IMG/VR virus record: IMGVR_UViG_3300011834_000039
Direction: 5' to 3' (one strand)
DNA: 64,000 nucleotides
Source: an uncultured virus (IMG/VR IMGVR_UViG_3300011834_000039)
Lineage: Duplodnaviria; Heunggongvirae; Uroviricota; Caudoviricetes
Below are positions 45,988 through 55,486 of the stretch, piece after piece. The position numbers were made by a program, and so were the translations under genes. Position 1 is the first letter of the stretch; each line of letters opens with the position of its first letter. A model generated the notes under the pieces. The model saw only the letters and a program-made list of their open reading frames with translations, was not told the origin of the DNA and did no database searches.

Positions 45988-46763
45988 CAGATTTTCTCGA
46001 AATCGACCCGCGTAATGTCAGGTTCGGTCGCTTCCGCTGCCAGCGGCGGCACATCGCAAAGCGCCCTCGCCTCATCCAGCGTGAAACCGAACCGTCGGCG
46101 CTGATCGATGGAATTCAGCTGGGTGACGGTCAGGCCCATCAGTTCTTGCAGTTTCTGCAAATACGGATGCTGGACCGCTTCCATCTGATCGAGCAGTTTC
46201 TGCCATACAGAGGTCGCTGCAATCGGCTCGCCGAAAACCGGATCCGGCAACAAATCACAGGTGATGCTTTGCTGATGCGCTGCCATACGGGTGCCAGTTT
46301 CGGCATCAGCTGTTCGCCTGCGCTCGACTTTCACGACATCGCGAACAAGTGTGCGCCAAATCTCGGCCCATGGATTCTCGGGATCCATCAATGCGGCGAT
46401 TGATTGCCTATCGACAACATCGAGAAACAATTCGAAGGCTGAGTCAGTTGCGGGTATTCCCGGAATGATCGTGCTTTCACCTGTTTCCTGATTGGTTTCG
46501 ACCATCGACGCTGCGACGCCGGTTTCAATCAAAAGTTCAGTAAGTCCGTTCTGCCAGAGCCGTCGCGCGCCGCTCAGATCTTCCGCCTTCGATCCGTCGG
46601 TATAGACCGATATAAAGGGCTTCTCCTGATCGGTGCGGAGGCTTCCGTCCGCGCCGACGTCAATCGAACCAATTTCACTGTCGAGAACATTGGAACCGAC
46701 CGAGGTCGCACCGTTAAGCGCCCCAATTGTCGCGATACGCAGTGCAATTCGACCTATTGACAT
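45987..46763 (-). CDS. Putative tail terminator/completion protein
   Basis: Position between head-closure and spike genes; 'V.DS', 'P.ISVYTD'. Confidence 0.6.
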   Translation of the reverse strand: MSIGRIALRIATIGALNGATSVGSNVLDSEIGSIDVGADGSLRTDQEKPFISVYTDGSKAEDLSGARRLWQNGLTELLIETGVAASMVETNQETGESTIIPGIPATDSAFELFLDVVDRQSIAALMDPENPWAEIWRTLVRDVVKVERRRTADAETGTRMAAHQQSITCDLLPDPVFGEPIAATSVWQKLLDQMEAVQHPYLQKLQELMGLTVTQLNSIDQRRRFGFTLDEARALCDVPPLAAEATEPDITRVDFEKI

Positions 46764-47131
46764 CAGATCTGCCCCAGTTTCACGACGATGAGATTGCTAT
46801 ATCGATCCGATACTGCGGCGACTTCAAACCAGGGTTTTCCCGCCCGATCATTCGCGCGGACCTTGTCGCCAACTTTCGGATCAGGACCGAAATACGATGA
46901 ACGATCCAGAAACAGTTCCGCCTCGCCAAGCGATAGGCGAGATCGATAAGTCCCGGTAGGACCGGGAGCGCGCGAGTCGTCACCGCCGACATGCAGGAGA
47001 GCATTGATCTCGATCATCTGTCGGTCAGGATCGGCGACCTGCCCTTTCAGGAAGGACAGGCGAACCGACTCGCCGTAGCTACGCGTCATCTTTTGATCGA
47101 CCATAGCTTCCAGTTTTCGCCAGTTCGCCAT
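46763..47131 (-). CDS. Head-tail joining (closure) protein
   Basis: Position and size; 'P..GD.V' beta-rich pattern. Confidence 0.65.
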   Translation of the reverse strand: MANWRKLEAMVDQKMTRSYGESVRLSFLKGQVADPDRQMIEINALLHVGGDDSRAPGPTGTYRSRLSLGEAELFLDRSSYFGPDPKVGDKVRANDRAGKPWFEVAAVSDRYSNLIVVKLGQI

Positions 47132-47136
47132 GTCGC

Positions 47137-47460
47137 TTACACCGAAAGACGCACCGCGCCGAACTCGGACGAGTTTGCTGCCGCTTCGGTGGCGTGACCG
47201 ATGAAGGTATTGCCGGATGCTGCCGTCGAGATATTCTTGTCAGCGGCAACGTAATAGACCTTGGCACCAACGGCCCACGCTTGCGCGGAAACCTTCGGCA
47301 AGGCGAAGACGCCCTTGGTAGCGATTTCCACATCTTCGCCAGCTTTGGCAGAGAACTGGGCAACGCCGAACAGATCGCCGACAACAACCAGGTCGCCAGA
47401 CTTCACGTCAGCTGGAGCCGGAACGGTGACGCTGTCACCGGGCTGAATATAGTTTTTCAT
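47137..47460 (-). CDS. DUF2190 family capsid cement protein
   Basis: 'MKNYIQPG', 'V.SG..V.VG..FGVA', 'GVF.LPK'. Confidence 0.9.
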   Translation of the reverse strand: MKNYIQPGDSVTVPAPADVKSGDLVVVGDLFGVAQFSAKAGEDVEIATKGVFALPKVSAQAWAVGAKVYYVAADKNISTAASGNTFIGHATEAAANSSEFGAVRLSV

Positions 47461-47527
47461 GGGAGTTTTTCCTTATGAAGGATCAGAACGGAAAGGATGG
47501 CGGGTCAATCGACCCGCCAGCAGTTGA

Positions 47528-49168
47528 TCAGGCCCCGGCGTTCTTGTAGCCAAAGCGATAGTCGGTCGCGCCACAGCCGAAGTCATGTTCAACCGACATG
47601 CTGAAACCTTGACGCCCGAACGGCTCATCCATGCGCACGCGCGGTGCCTCGTAGCCTTCCAGATAGCCCCAGCGATAGTTCGAGCCTGCTGCCGGGTCAG
47701 AGAACAGATGCCAGGCATTACCCTTGATCTGGGTGCTTTCGATCAGCTCAAGCCTGCCAGAGAAAATGTTGACATTCGCAACTGTCGCAGGCGTGATCGA
47801 GGTCAGAAGCTTTTCAGCTTCGGTCAGCTTATCCGGCCCGACAAGCATGATGCGCGGCGAGTTGGACAGCAACGGATTTCCATCCTTGCTTTCCTGCTTA
47901 CCCATGGCCGTGCGACCAAGTCCGACACTGTCGACGGTGATGGCAGCAGCCGTGGTGGCAAGGTTCTTATGCTCTGCATGGAAGACCGGCTTTCCGTCAG
48001 CAAGGTTTCCATTGAAGGCACCCGCATAGAAAGTGACTTCCTCGAACAGCGCCACCGACGCACCATAACTGGTCAGAAGCTCGGAGATCGCACCCAGATC
48101 GTCGTTGATCAACATCTGGCGGCTGATATTGAGCGCGATGGCATAGCTATACGCCTGCACTTGTTCCTTGCCTTCACCGAACGAGCCGTATTTGATCTCG
48201 CCGTTTTCCAGCACCTTTTTCAGAAGCGGGAAATCACCGACCTTGACGGTGGTATCGGGACGGAAATCACGGAAATTTCGCTTGCGTGCGAATCGCTTGA
48301 ATGTCGGCTGGGCAAGCGCATAGCGCTGTTCGAGCGTCCGGTTGACGGCACCTTCGAATATCGCCGGGAAATCCGAGGTCGAATGCGACGCGCGCGTAAA
48401 CACATCGTCGATGTCGCGGGCATTCATCATGCGACGACCGCGATAGTTGACACTCTCTGCAGCCAGATCGACGAGGCCCATGCCCATATATTGGCGAGCG
48501 GCAGCGGACGGACCAGCCTGCGGCGTCGGTGCACCAAGGCCGTATGCCAGCGCCTCGATCTGGGCTGAGCGACGAGTGACCGCCTCATCGTGAACCACAT
48601 CGACACGCACACGGCTGTCAGTCGGGCTCTGGCGCTCATTCGAGACCATGTGATCGAGAAGCAGGCTGCGGAACTGCTCGACCGGCGTACCGGAGCGAAC
48701 ATGCTCTCGACCGAGATCCGGAAAACCGGAACGCGTAGCCAGATCCTCAATAGTGCTGGATCTCTCACGCTCGGCACTCACCGCCTCGTCGACTGCGGCT
48801 CGAACGGACGGATCAACAGTCGGCGCGTTGCGCTGTTCGTTTTCCATCCGGGTAAGTTCAGCTCGGACCTGATCGGCTTCAGCCAAGATGTCCGCATGTT
48901 CCTGCTCGATTGCCCGAACCGCATCTTCATCGAGATCATCGGTAATACGGGCGCGAGTAGCTTCCGCACGGCCAGTAATTTCTTTCAGCTTCGAACGCAG
49001 GCCCAGCAAGGCAACGTTGGCACCGATCAGGTGCATTCCGTCAGGCTGTACGAAAGCACGATAATCGAGGGATGCTGCATGCGATGGATCTGCGGCGAAC
49101 AACGCCATAGCCAGACCGACGCAGAAAAATGCGGCGACGGTCGCGAAAATGTAAGCACCCTTTTTCAT
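47528..49168 (-). CDS. Major capsid protein with N-terminal signal-like and scaffold segments
   Basis: 'HSTSDFP', 'DFR', 'V.E.GE.KYG', 'SRQ.LINDDL', 'DFG....D.R'; AGAAGGA RBS before 49168. Confidence 0.92.
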   Translation of the reverse strand: MKKGAYIFATVAAFFCVGLAMALFAADPSHAASLDYRAFVQPDGMHLIGANVALLGLRSKLKEITGRAEATRARITDDLDEDAVRAIEQEHADILAEADQVRAELTRMENEQRNAPTVDPSVRAAVDEAVSAERERSSTIEDLATRSGFPDLGREHVRSGTPVEQFRSLLLDHMVSNERQSPTDSRVRVDVVHDEAVTRRSAQIEALAYGLGAPTPQAGPSAAARQYMGMGLVDLAAESVNYRGRRMMNARDIDDVFTRASHSTSDFPAIFEGAVNRTLEQRYALAQPTFKRFARKRNFRDFRPDTTVKVGDFPLLKKVLENGEIKYGSFGEGKEQVQAYSYAIALNISRQMLINDDLGAISELLTSYGASVALFEEVTFYAGAFNGNLADGKPVFHAEHKNLATTAAAITVDSVGLGRTAMGKQESKDGNPLLSNSPRIMLVGPDKLTEAEKLLTSITPATVANVNIFSGRLELIESTQIKGNAWHLFSDPAAGSNYRWGYLEGYEAPRVRMDEPFGRQGFSMSVEHDFGCGATDYRFGYKNAGA

Positions 49169-49266
49169 GGTGTGCGTTTCCTTCTATGTACCGGGCAAAA
49201 CAAGCGCCGTCGCCCTGCAACCCCGGAGAATTGCAGGCGGCAAACTGGAATTTGATGATTGCTGGA

Positions 49267-49917
49267 TTAGGCGAGGCGGCGGACGGCTTCGGCCATTCTC
49301 ATTCGCGCTGAGGCCGCAAACGTCGAGACCGATTTTCGGTCGATCATGAGCGGGAACGTATCTGCGTGATTGCGAACCTGAGCGCCGGGATCTGCCGGAA
49401 CCGTCACGAACGAAATTTCATTCGGCGTCCAACGCTCGACGAACACCTTTTCGACATCGCCCTTTTTCTGGGCTTCCTCAATACGGATCTTGTCAATGGA
49501 ATAGCCGACAGACACGTTCTTGATAATGCCATCGGAGACCAAGCCGAACATGCGGTCGGCGCGCTCGTCGATCCCGGCTTTTGGGAACCGGATCTTCGCT
49601 TTACCTTCACCGCCATCAACCCACGCCCGTTCGACAACCGCGACCTGCGAAAAGGTCGACCAGACAGAATGACTATCCAGAACCGGCGCACCTGCATTCA
49701 TCCGCGACAGGTCGATTGCCTTGTCGCTGACAAGCAGAATCTCATCGAAAGGAACCGTATCCCAACCGACATAACGGCGACGGCGAACCGGTGCGCCGGT
49801 AGTCCATACCAGATCCAGCGTGCGCGTTTCAGCATCGACACCGGAAGGAAGCAACCGGACCTCCTGCATCTGCATCGGCAGACTGTCCGGCATCTTGCGC
49901 AGGTTAAGTTTCGTCAT
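49267..49917 (-). CDS. Prohead maturation protease (HK97/U35-like)
   Basis: 'AP.LDSH', 'I..VSVGY', 'W.P.EIS.V.VPAD'. Confidence 0.9.
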   Translation of the reverse strand: MTKLNLRKMPDSLPMQMQEVRLLPSGVDAETRTLDLVWTTGAPVRRRRYVGWDTVPFDEILLVSDKAIDLSRMNAGAPVLDSHSVWSTFSQVAVVERAWVDGGEGKAKIRFPKAGIDERADRMFGLVSDGIIKNVSVGYSIDKIRIEEAQKKGDVEKVFVERWTPNEISFVTVPADPGAQVRNHADTFPLMIDRKSVSTFAASARMRMAEAVRRLA

Positions 49918-51441
49918 CGTTTTCGTCCTTCTCAGGAGGATCGTCGGTATCAACAGGTTGTTGAACCTGACCGGCCTGCGATATGCGGCGCGGGTCGCTG
50001 TCAAGGATAATACCGCGCTTGTCGAGCTTGGCATTGTCCGACTGGATTTCGTCCAGAACGTCATCAGTGTTTTCACCGGTCTCGGCGATTGCCGATGAGA
50101 GTGAGCGGAAACCGGCGCGAACTTCCTTGATCCTGGCATTCACATCTTTCAGCGGGTCCGCCGAGTAGAAACGCGGCGGCGACCATTCAACCGCCACTGT
50201 CGGAGTACTGATCTTCCCGGCGAGATAGGCAGCTTCACAGAACCAGTCCCACATCGGCTGCAACAGCATCGGTATGATGACCTGCCATTGCANNNNNNNN
50301 NNGAGATCATGCGCCGAAAGCCTTCCAGACCGATCTTGCTCGACGAGTAATTGACCTTGTCGAGGCGACCCGTCATCAGGGCATAGGGAACGCGCCAACC
50401 AGCTGAGATCGTATGCAGCATCGAAACTTTATAAGGATCGTAGCTGTCGGTTACGGCAGGCTGAGAGAATTTCATATCTCGACCGCCGACCGCATTGTAG
50501 AACATTCCCGGCGTGAACTTTTCGACACGCTGCCCGTGCACGTTGTAAATGCCCGGTGTTGTGGCTTCGCCATCCTTGCCGGTCAGCGGCAACCCTATCG
50601 TGTCGTCAATGTCACCGCCGGTCATTACTCCGACAATGCAGGACTCGAGGCGCTTTCTGACAAGCTCTGACTGCTCATACTCGGCAAGGTCGAATGTATC
50701 GTCCATTGCTGGCGTCCCCCATGGAACGCCCCTGACTTGCGTGCGCTGTTTTTCGAAGACATGCGCAATATCAGCTGCCGGAACGGGCTTCGAAACGATG
50801 GTCGATTGCGGGTCAAAAAAGCTGTTTCCGGGGTGAGACCCGAACATCCAATAGGCGCGCTTGCGGCCTATCGCATCGAACTCGATCCCCTGAATTGCCT
50901 TGCCGCCGCCAGATAACACCCCTTCCTTGGTACTATCGAGCAGATCCGATTCAATCACCTGCAGCTGCAGCGGAACCGGCAATCCATCTTCCAACCTGCG
51001 GCGGCGGCGACGTACAATACCGTCACCGCTTTCAAACATCTCTCGAACCGTCAGGGCAACGATGCCGTTGAAGTCGAGATCGCCATCAGCATCGCAAACC
51101 TTGCTCCATTCCTGGAACAGTTTGATTGCTTCCTTGTTCTTCGAGCGCGGGATAATGCCGTCGCCGATGGCATGGCTGACCAGCTCGGAGACAGCTTTCG
51201 CCGCATAGGGATTGTTGCGGACCAGATCCCGCATACGGTCGCGAAGCTTGCGACCGGCGCGAGCGATCTCGGCATCTGCCGATGTCGACTTTGCGCGACG
51301 GCCTGATTTCAGGCGATTGGTTTCCGCACCGGAATAGCTGCGCTGGACAATTTCCATTGCAGCGCGGTGACGGACACGACGCAGCCCCGCCTCCGGCGAC
51401 ACGTAGCCGATGGCCTTATCAAGAATGTTCCCAATGCCCAT
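49904..51441 (-). CDS. Portal protein (lambda family), spans N gap at 50293-50302
   Basis: 'LR.R.RDL.RNN', 'Q.RGVPW', 'VNYSS', 'DPLKD'. Confidence 0.93.
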
Positions 51442-51635
51442 TAGTCTAACGCCGCCAGAATAGTGCGAGGGCCGCGTGATTTACGGGCCCGAAGATCCGC
51501 AAGCGCTTCCCGCATGTCTTTCAAGGAATGATATTCCACCTCACGGCGGGTGCCGCCTGAGTGGAATATGACTTTTTTTGCGCCGGCAAGAATTGCTTCC
51601 TCAAGCGCTGCGATCTGGTCGTCTATCGAAGCCAT
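51441..51635 (-). CDS. Head completion protein (gpW-like)
   Basis: 'LE.AI..G...V.....R.VEY.SL..M'. Confidence 0.85.
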   Translation of the reverse strand: MASIDDQIAALEEAILAGAKKVIFHSGGTRREVEYHSLKDMREALADLRARKSRGPRTILAALD

Positions 51636-51643
51636 CGCGCCTA

Positions 51644-51820
51644 TCACTCCGCAAGATCATCGCCAGCGGTCAGCACGTCATCGACGATCCGCTTTGCTTT
51701 CTCGACTGTGTATGGCTCATCTCGATCAGTGAGAGCGCCGCCCATCGTCGCGAAATCAGCAGCAACTGCGACCGGTAGAGTTGCCGTGTCGTATGCAGCA
51801 CGCAATAATTTGCCGAACAT
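51644..51820 (-). CDS. Small hypothetical protein (58 aa, not in ORF track)
   Basis: GGAG RBS; MFGKLLRAAYDTATLPVAVAADFATMGGALTDRDEPYT... Confidence 0.65.
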   Translation of the reverse strand: MFGKLLRAAYDTATLPVAVAADFATMGGALTDRDEPYTVEKAKRIVDDVLTAGDDLAE

Positions 51821-51868
51821 TGTCGTTCTCCAAACAGGTGGCCCATACGTCGAGCCGTTGCATTCTGG

Positions 51869-53686
51869 TTAAAGCCAATCCGAAGATGCAATTTCTGGTA
51901 ACTTCGAAGCTGGTTTGATTTCCGGCGGCGTCGACAACTCACCCTCGCGGTGAGCCCAGTTCGCATTCACCATCTGGCGAGCGGCGAAGGCATAAACCGT
52001 GCAGTCGAGAGCCTCGTGTCGTCGCCCTGGCACCGGAACGAATTGCCGGACCGTTTGTCCGCGCGAATATTTGACTACCAGTTGCTCGCCCACGAGCTGC
52101 TCAAACCAGACATCAGGCAGAGATTTCGAAAAACGCATGGAACTCGCACGCGCCAGCCGACCGAAAATGTGGCTCTTGATGCCGTCGACACCGACGATGA
52201 ACAGCTTGCCACCCTTTACAGTCGATTTGGATTTCTCAATCCAGGGCCGGTTGCCGCCCACACCCTTGATCGCAAACACGCGCCTGCGGAACCGTGGGAA
52301 AGCATAACGATAGACAGTTTCCATCGTTTCGCCGTCCGAGCTATCGATGCAGGTGGCATCGACCTTGATCTTGCCGCCGAGCGGATGATCCCATTGCGTG
52401 CCGAGCGCAACATCCAATTCAGACCAGGTCGCGTGATCGTCGTATCGACCCCAAATCACCTCATGTCCGAGGGCGTAAGGAATCCCCTCTTTGTCCCAAC
52501 CTATGAAGGTGATTTCCAACCGATCATCCTGCACGTCAACGCCTGCGGTGATGATGAGAACCTGAACAGGAATGCCGGTCGTGGCCGTCGCATCGTCATC
52601 GTCTGGAGTTTCCGCAACCAGGCTGAAATCTTCGGCGCGGCTTGCAAGCTCGATATCATCCAGCTCGTCGGTGTTTTCCTTCCAGCCTTGCGCGAGGATC
52701 GTGTTGATGAACGTTTGAAGCTTCGACGGATCATTCTTCGCGCCGACAAACTCTTTCGCCAATCGCCCCCATGACGCATTCGGTAGTAGGGAAATCAGGG
52801 CGTTCATCCGAAACCCTGCATGGTCCTTTACTTCCGGTTTCAGTGCCCGCCAGCGACCATTCGCAACCATGCCGGGTTTATGGCGCTCATCGATAACCGA
52901 GCCGCATTCCCGGCAGACATAGTAAGCTTTCTCCGGCTCACCTTCCGGCCATTGAATGTCGGACCACTGGATCTCGTGGAAGTGCCCGCACTCAGGGCAA
53001 GGCACCTCATAAATTCGCTTGTCAGACTGTTCATAGGATTGCAGCACATGGCTGGTTTCCTCATAAACCGGCGTCGACCCCATTACGATCTTGCGATCCG
53101 CAAACGACAGGGTGCGGCGCTCTGCGAGCAGGATCGGCGACCCTTCCTTGGTCGCCGACATGCCGTCTGCCTCATCGATAAACAGGATGCGCACATTATG
53201 GCGGCGCAAGTTGCGCGGTGCCTTTGCCGCAATGACTTTCAGAAAGCCGCCTGGAAAGCGCCGGGAAAGCAGAGTGTTTCTGCCGCCTTCATCGACATCG
53301 CCGGTCAACAATCCGTTGAGCGCTGGCGAGGCATCAAAGATCGGCTCGACATCCGAAACCATATAGTCGCGGCAGTCGGCCTCAGTCGGCAGGAGCGAAA
53401 GGATCGGCGACGGATCGTTCGAACAGAAACTGGCCATCGCGCTTGTCAGAAGCGTCGTGAAGCCGACGCGCACCGGCTTCACCAGTGTGACACGCTCAAT
53501 CGCACTGTCGCCGATAGCGTCTGCAATCTCGCGCTGCGGTGGCCAGAGCCTGACACGACCAGTGAGGGACGACACACCCTCTGGGAGATAAACTGTCTGC
53601 TCAATCCAATCCGAGAGCTTCAGTTTCGGTGGCGGCGTCAGGGCTTCCCACACCGCCCGCCGCAAGATCGCCAGAGCCGTCGTCAT
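51869..53686 (-). CDS. Terminase large subunit (lambda gpA family)
   Basis: 'K..RVG.T', 'DEAD', 'STP', 'PCP.CG', 'GVDVQDDR', 'HEALDC.VY'. Confidence 0.95.
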   Translation of the reverse strand: MTTALAILRRAVWEALTPPPKLKLSDWIEQTVYLPEGVSSLTGRVRLWPPQREIADAIGDSAIERVTLVKPVRVGFTTLLTSAMASFCSNDPSPILSLLPTEADCRDYMVSDVEPIFDASPALNGLLTGDVDEGGRNTLLSRRFPGGFLKVIAAKAPRNLRRHNVRILFIDEADGMSATKEGSPILLAERRTLSFADRKIVMGSTPVYEETSHVLQSYEQSDKRIYEVPCPECGHFHEIQWSDIQWPEGEPEKAYYVCRECGSVIDERHKPGMVANGRWRALKPEVKDHAGFRMNALISLLPNASWGRLAKEFVGAKNDPSKLQTFINTILAQGWKENTDELDDIELASRAEDFSLVAETPDDDDATATTGIPVQVLIITAGVDVQDDRLEITFIGWDKEGIPYALGHEVIWGRYDDHATWSELDVALGTQWDHPLGGKIKVDATCIDSSDGETMETVYRYAFPRFRRRVFAIKGVGGNRPWIEKSKSTVKGGKLFIVGVDGIKSHIFGRLARASSMRFSKSLPDVWFEQLVGEQLVVKYSRGQTVRQFVPVPGRRHEALDCTVYAFAARQMVNANWAHREGELSTPPEIKPASKLPEIASSDWL

Positions 53687-54335
53687 CGTCCTTTTCACCA
53701 AGCTCTGTAAGTGCCGTGCGAATTTCCTCGTCGATCAGGTCGACATCGAAAGTGGTTAGGTGGGGCAGCATCTGGCGGCATCTGGATGGAACCGCCATCA
53801 TCACGTTTCGGACCCGTCGGGCTATCGAAACCCATTCATTGCGAACCTCGGCAATCGGGACCAGTTCCTTGCGCATTGCAGCATTGCGCAATGCTGCCTG
53901 GTCTGCCTGCTCTCGCGCCAGTCTCGCGCGTTCTGTTGCGAGCGTATCAACATTGTCACCGCCTCGACCTGCCGCGATCCCGCGCAGGTGCTCGCAATAG
54001 AGCTGGACGGACTTGCGCAGGTCGAAGCGATTCCGACCTGTCTTCACGATGATTCCACGCTCGACGTAATCGGATATTGCCCGCTTCGAAACGCCCAGGA
54101 TCTCTGCGAGATCCGCCGCTGTTATCTCGGCATCGTTTTCAGGCTGTTCGTCATCCTCAAGCGGCTCTTGCTCCGGCAAAAGCGGCTGCGCGGCCTGATC
54201 GACGTGCTTCTTGTGCGATTTGGCAGCAAAGCTGGGGCTGACACTGAACTTTTCCGCTGCCTGCCGGACGGTATGGCCTTCCTCAATGAAGGCTATGACC
54301 TGCTGGCGCAGCTCGTCTGAATACCCTTTGGCCAT
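53601..54335 (-). CDS. Terminase small subunit (Nu1-like) with an extra N-terminal HTH
   Basis: 'T..DLAEILGVS.R.I', 'FDL..SV..Y', 'ERARL...QA', 'ELVP'. Confidence 0.88.
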   Translation of the reverse strand: MAKGYSDELRQQVIAFIEEGHTVRQAAEKFSVSPSFAAKSHKKHVDQAAQPLLPEQEPLEDDEQPENDAEITAADLAEILGVSKRAISDYVERGIIVKTGRNRFDLRKSVQLYCEHLRGIAAGRGGDNVDTLATERARLAREQADQAALRNAAMRKELVPIAEVRNEWVSIARRVRNVMMAVPSRCRQMLPHLTTFDVDLIDEEIRTALTELGEKDDDDGSGDLAAGGVGSPDAATETEALGLD

Positions 54336-54392
54336 GTGATTCCGATTCCATTCAAAGGGCGGTGGAATCCCCCTGTAAAAATTCGCAGAGAC

Positions 54393-54446
54393 CGAAATCC
54401 CGCAGTCGCGCTCACCCGCTCCGGTGATAGGCCCGGAAAAGGACCC
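54393..54446 (-). other. Lambda-like cos site (cosQ + cosN)
   Basis: Minus strand GGGTCCT-N23-GGTGAGCGCGAC-TGCGGGATTTCG, same spacing as lambda GGGTCCT-N23-GGGCGGCGACCT-CGCGGGTTTTCG. Confidence 0.8.
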
Positions 54447-54537
54447 AATGGAGGGGGGATGGGGTCAGGGTCGGTCGGTCGGGTGCGCCCGCCCCCTCGA
54501 CCCGCTCACCGGTCGAAGCGTTCACTCGTCCGATCTC

Positions 54538-55107
54538 CTAAGGCACCAGCTTCTTGAGCGCAGCGTCGACACGCTGTTGCAGCAAAGGTGCTGCTGTTCT
54601 CTCAAACGCCGATCTGGTTGCACCCTTGGTCATTTCCATCGGGATGAAAACGCCCGACCGGGTGTAGGTGATCTTGGTTCCAGACTTGTTCAGCCTATGG
54701 AAAGCATGACCGTAAAACTTTGGAACGTTGACGCGACCGGGAAAGCGTCCGCCTTTCAGAAATGATCCCGCGAACAACTTCCGCTGCCCGAATGGCTTTG
54801 CGGAAACGCCTGCGCGTAACTCGCGAGGCGAAAGATATTTCAGACGAATATCGCCGCCTCGCGTCACCATTTCGTAGGAAAGCTTGCCCGGTCGAGCAAC
54901 GCCCGGATCCCCGACCGCTTTGACGATAGTCTTGCGAGCCAGTCCCGTTTGCCTGGTCAGATTTCGAATAACCTGCGTCTTTGCCCGGTTGCCCACCTGA
55001 TTGACGATACGTGGCAGCACCGTCGGAAAGCGCGAATTGAGAACCGCTATCCTCGATCCGAATAACGAGAGGTGTTCGTCAGCCCACTTGGCCGTAATCG
55101 TTGCCAT
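54538..55107 (-). CDS. Lambda gpZ-like tail completion protein
   Basis: Basic 189 aa protein; '..R..N......T...R......GL....I'; position upstream of cos. Confidence 0.65.
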   Translation of the reverse strand: MATITAKWADEHLSLFGSRIAVLNSRFPTVLPRIVNQVGNRAKTQVIRNLTRQTGLARKTIVKAVGDPGVARPGKLSYEMVTRGGDIRLKYLSPRELRAGVSAKPFGQRKLFAGSFLKGGRFPGRVNVPKFYGHAFHRLNKSGTKITYTRSGVFIPMEMTKGATRSAFERTAAPLLQQRVDAALKKLVP

Positions 55108-55122
55108 GGTAGCAAATCCACG

Positions 55123-55251
55123 TCACTTGCAAGCACTGCTGCTGAGATAGTCATCCATCGTGCAGAAATGCTTTGCGCATCCACTCAGCGCGAAAGCCAC
55201 CAGCAGCACTGCGATCAGGACAAACAGTCGATTGTCGATAGTTCTGATCAT
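55123..55251 (-). CDS. Small lipoprotein (42 aa, not in ORF track)
   Basis: MIRTIDNRLFVLIAVLLVAFALSG-CAKHFCTMDDYLSSSACK; lipobox LSGC. Confidence 0.7.
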   Translation of the reverse strand: MIRTIDNRLFVLIAVLLVAFALSGCAKHFCTMDDYLSSSACK

Positions 55252-55294
55252 TGGCGCGGCCTTTCAACAAAACCGTTTATCCTTAGTACAAACG

Positions 55295-55316
55295 AAAAGA
55301 GCGCCTTGCGGCGCTC
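55295..55316 (-). terminator. Intrinsic terminator ahead of the late genes (tR'-like)
   Basis: GAGCGCC-GCAA-GGCGCTC-TTTT on the minus strand. Confidence 0.8.
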
Positions 55317-55486
55317 ATCGTTCGGTGAAGTCTGGACATAGCTTACGCACTGGCCCTGAATCGATGCCTGCCATTCTGGCGGTCAGGGCGGGGTCCGAGC
55401 GCGACCACCTCAGGAACTAGTCCCCACGTTTTACCGTGTATCGAGGTTCACTATTCATACCGGATCATCCCGTGAGCAGATTACGC

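Noticed and set aside
49904..51441. Portal appearing frameshifted
   Set aside because: The frame change falls exactly on the N gap at 50293-50302
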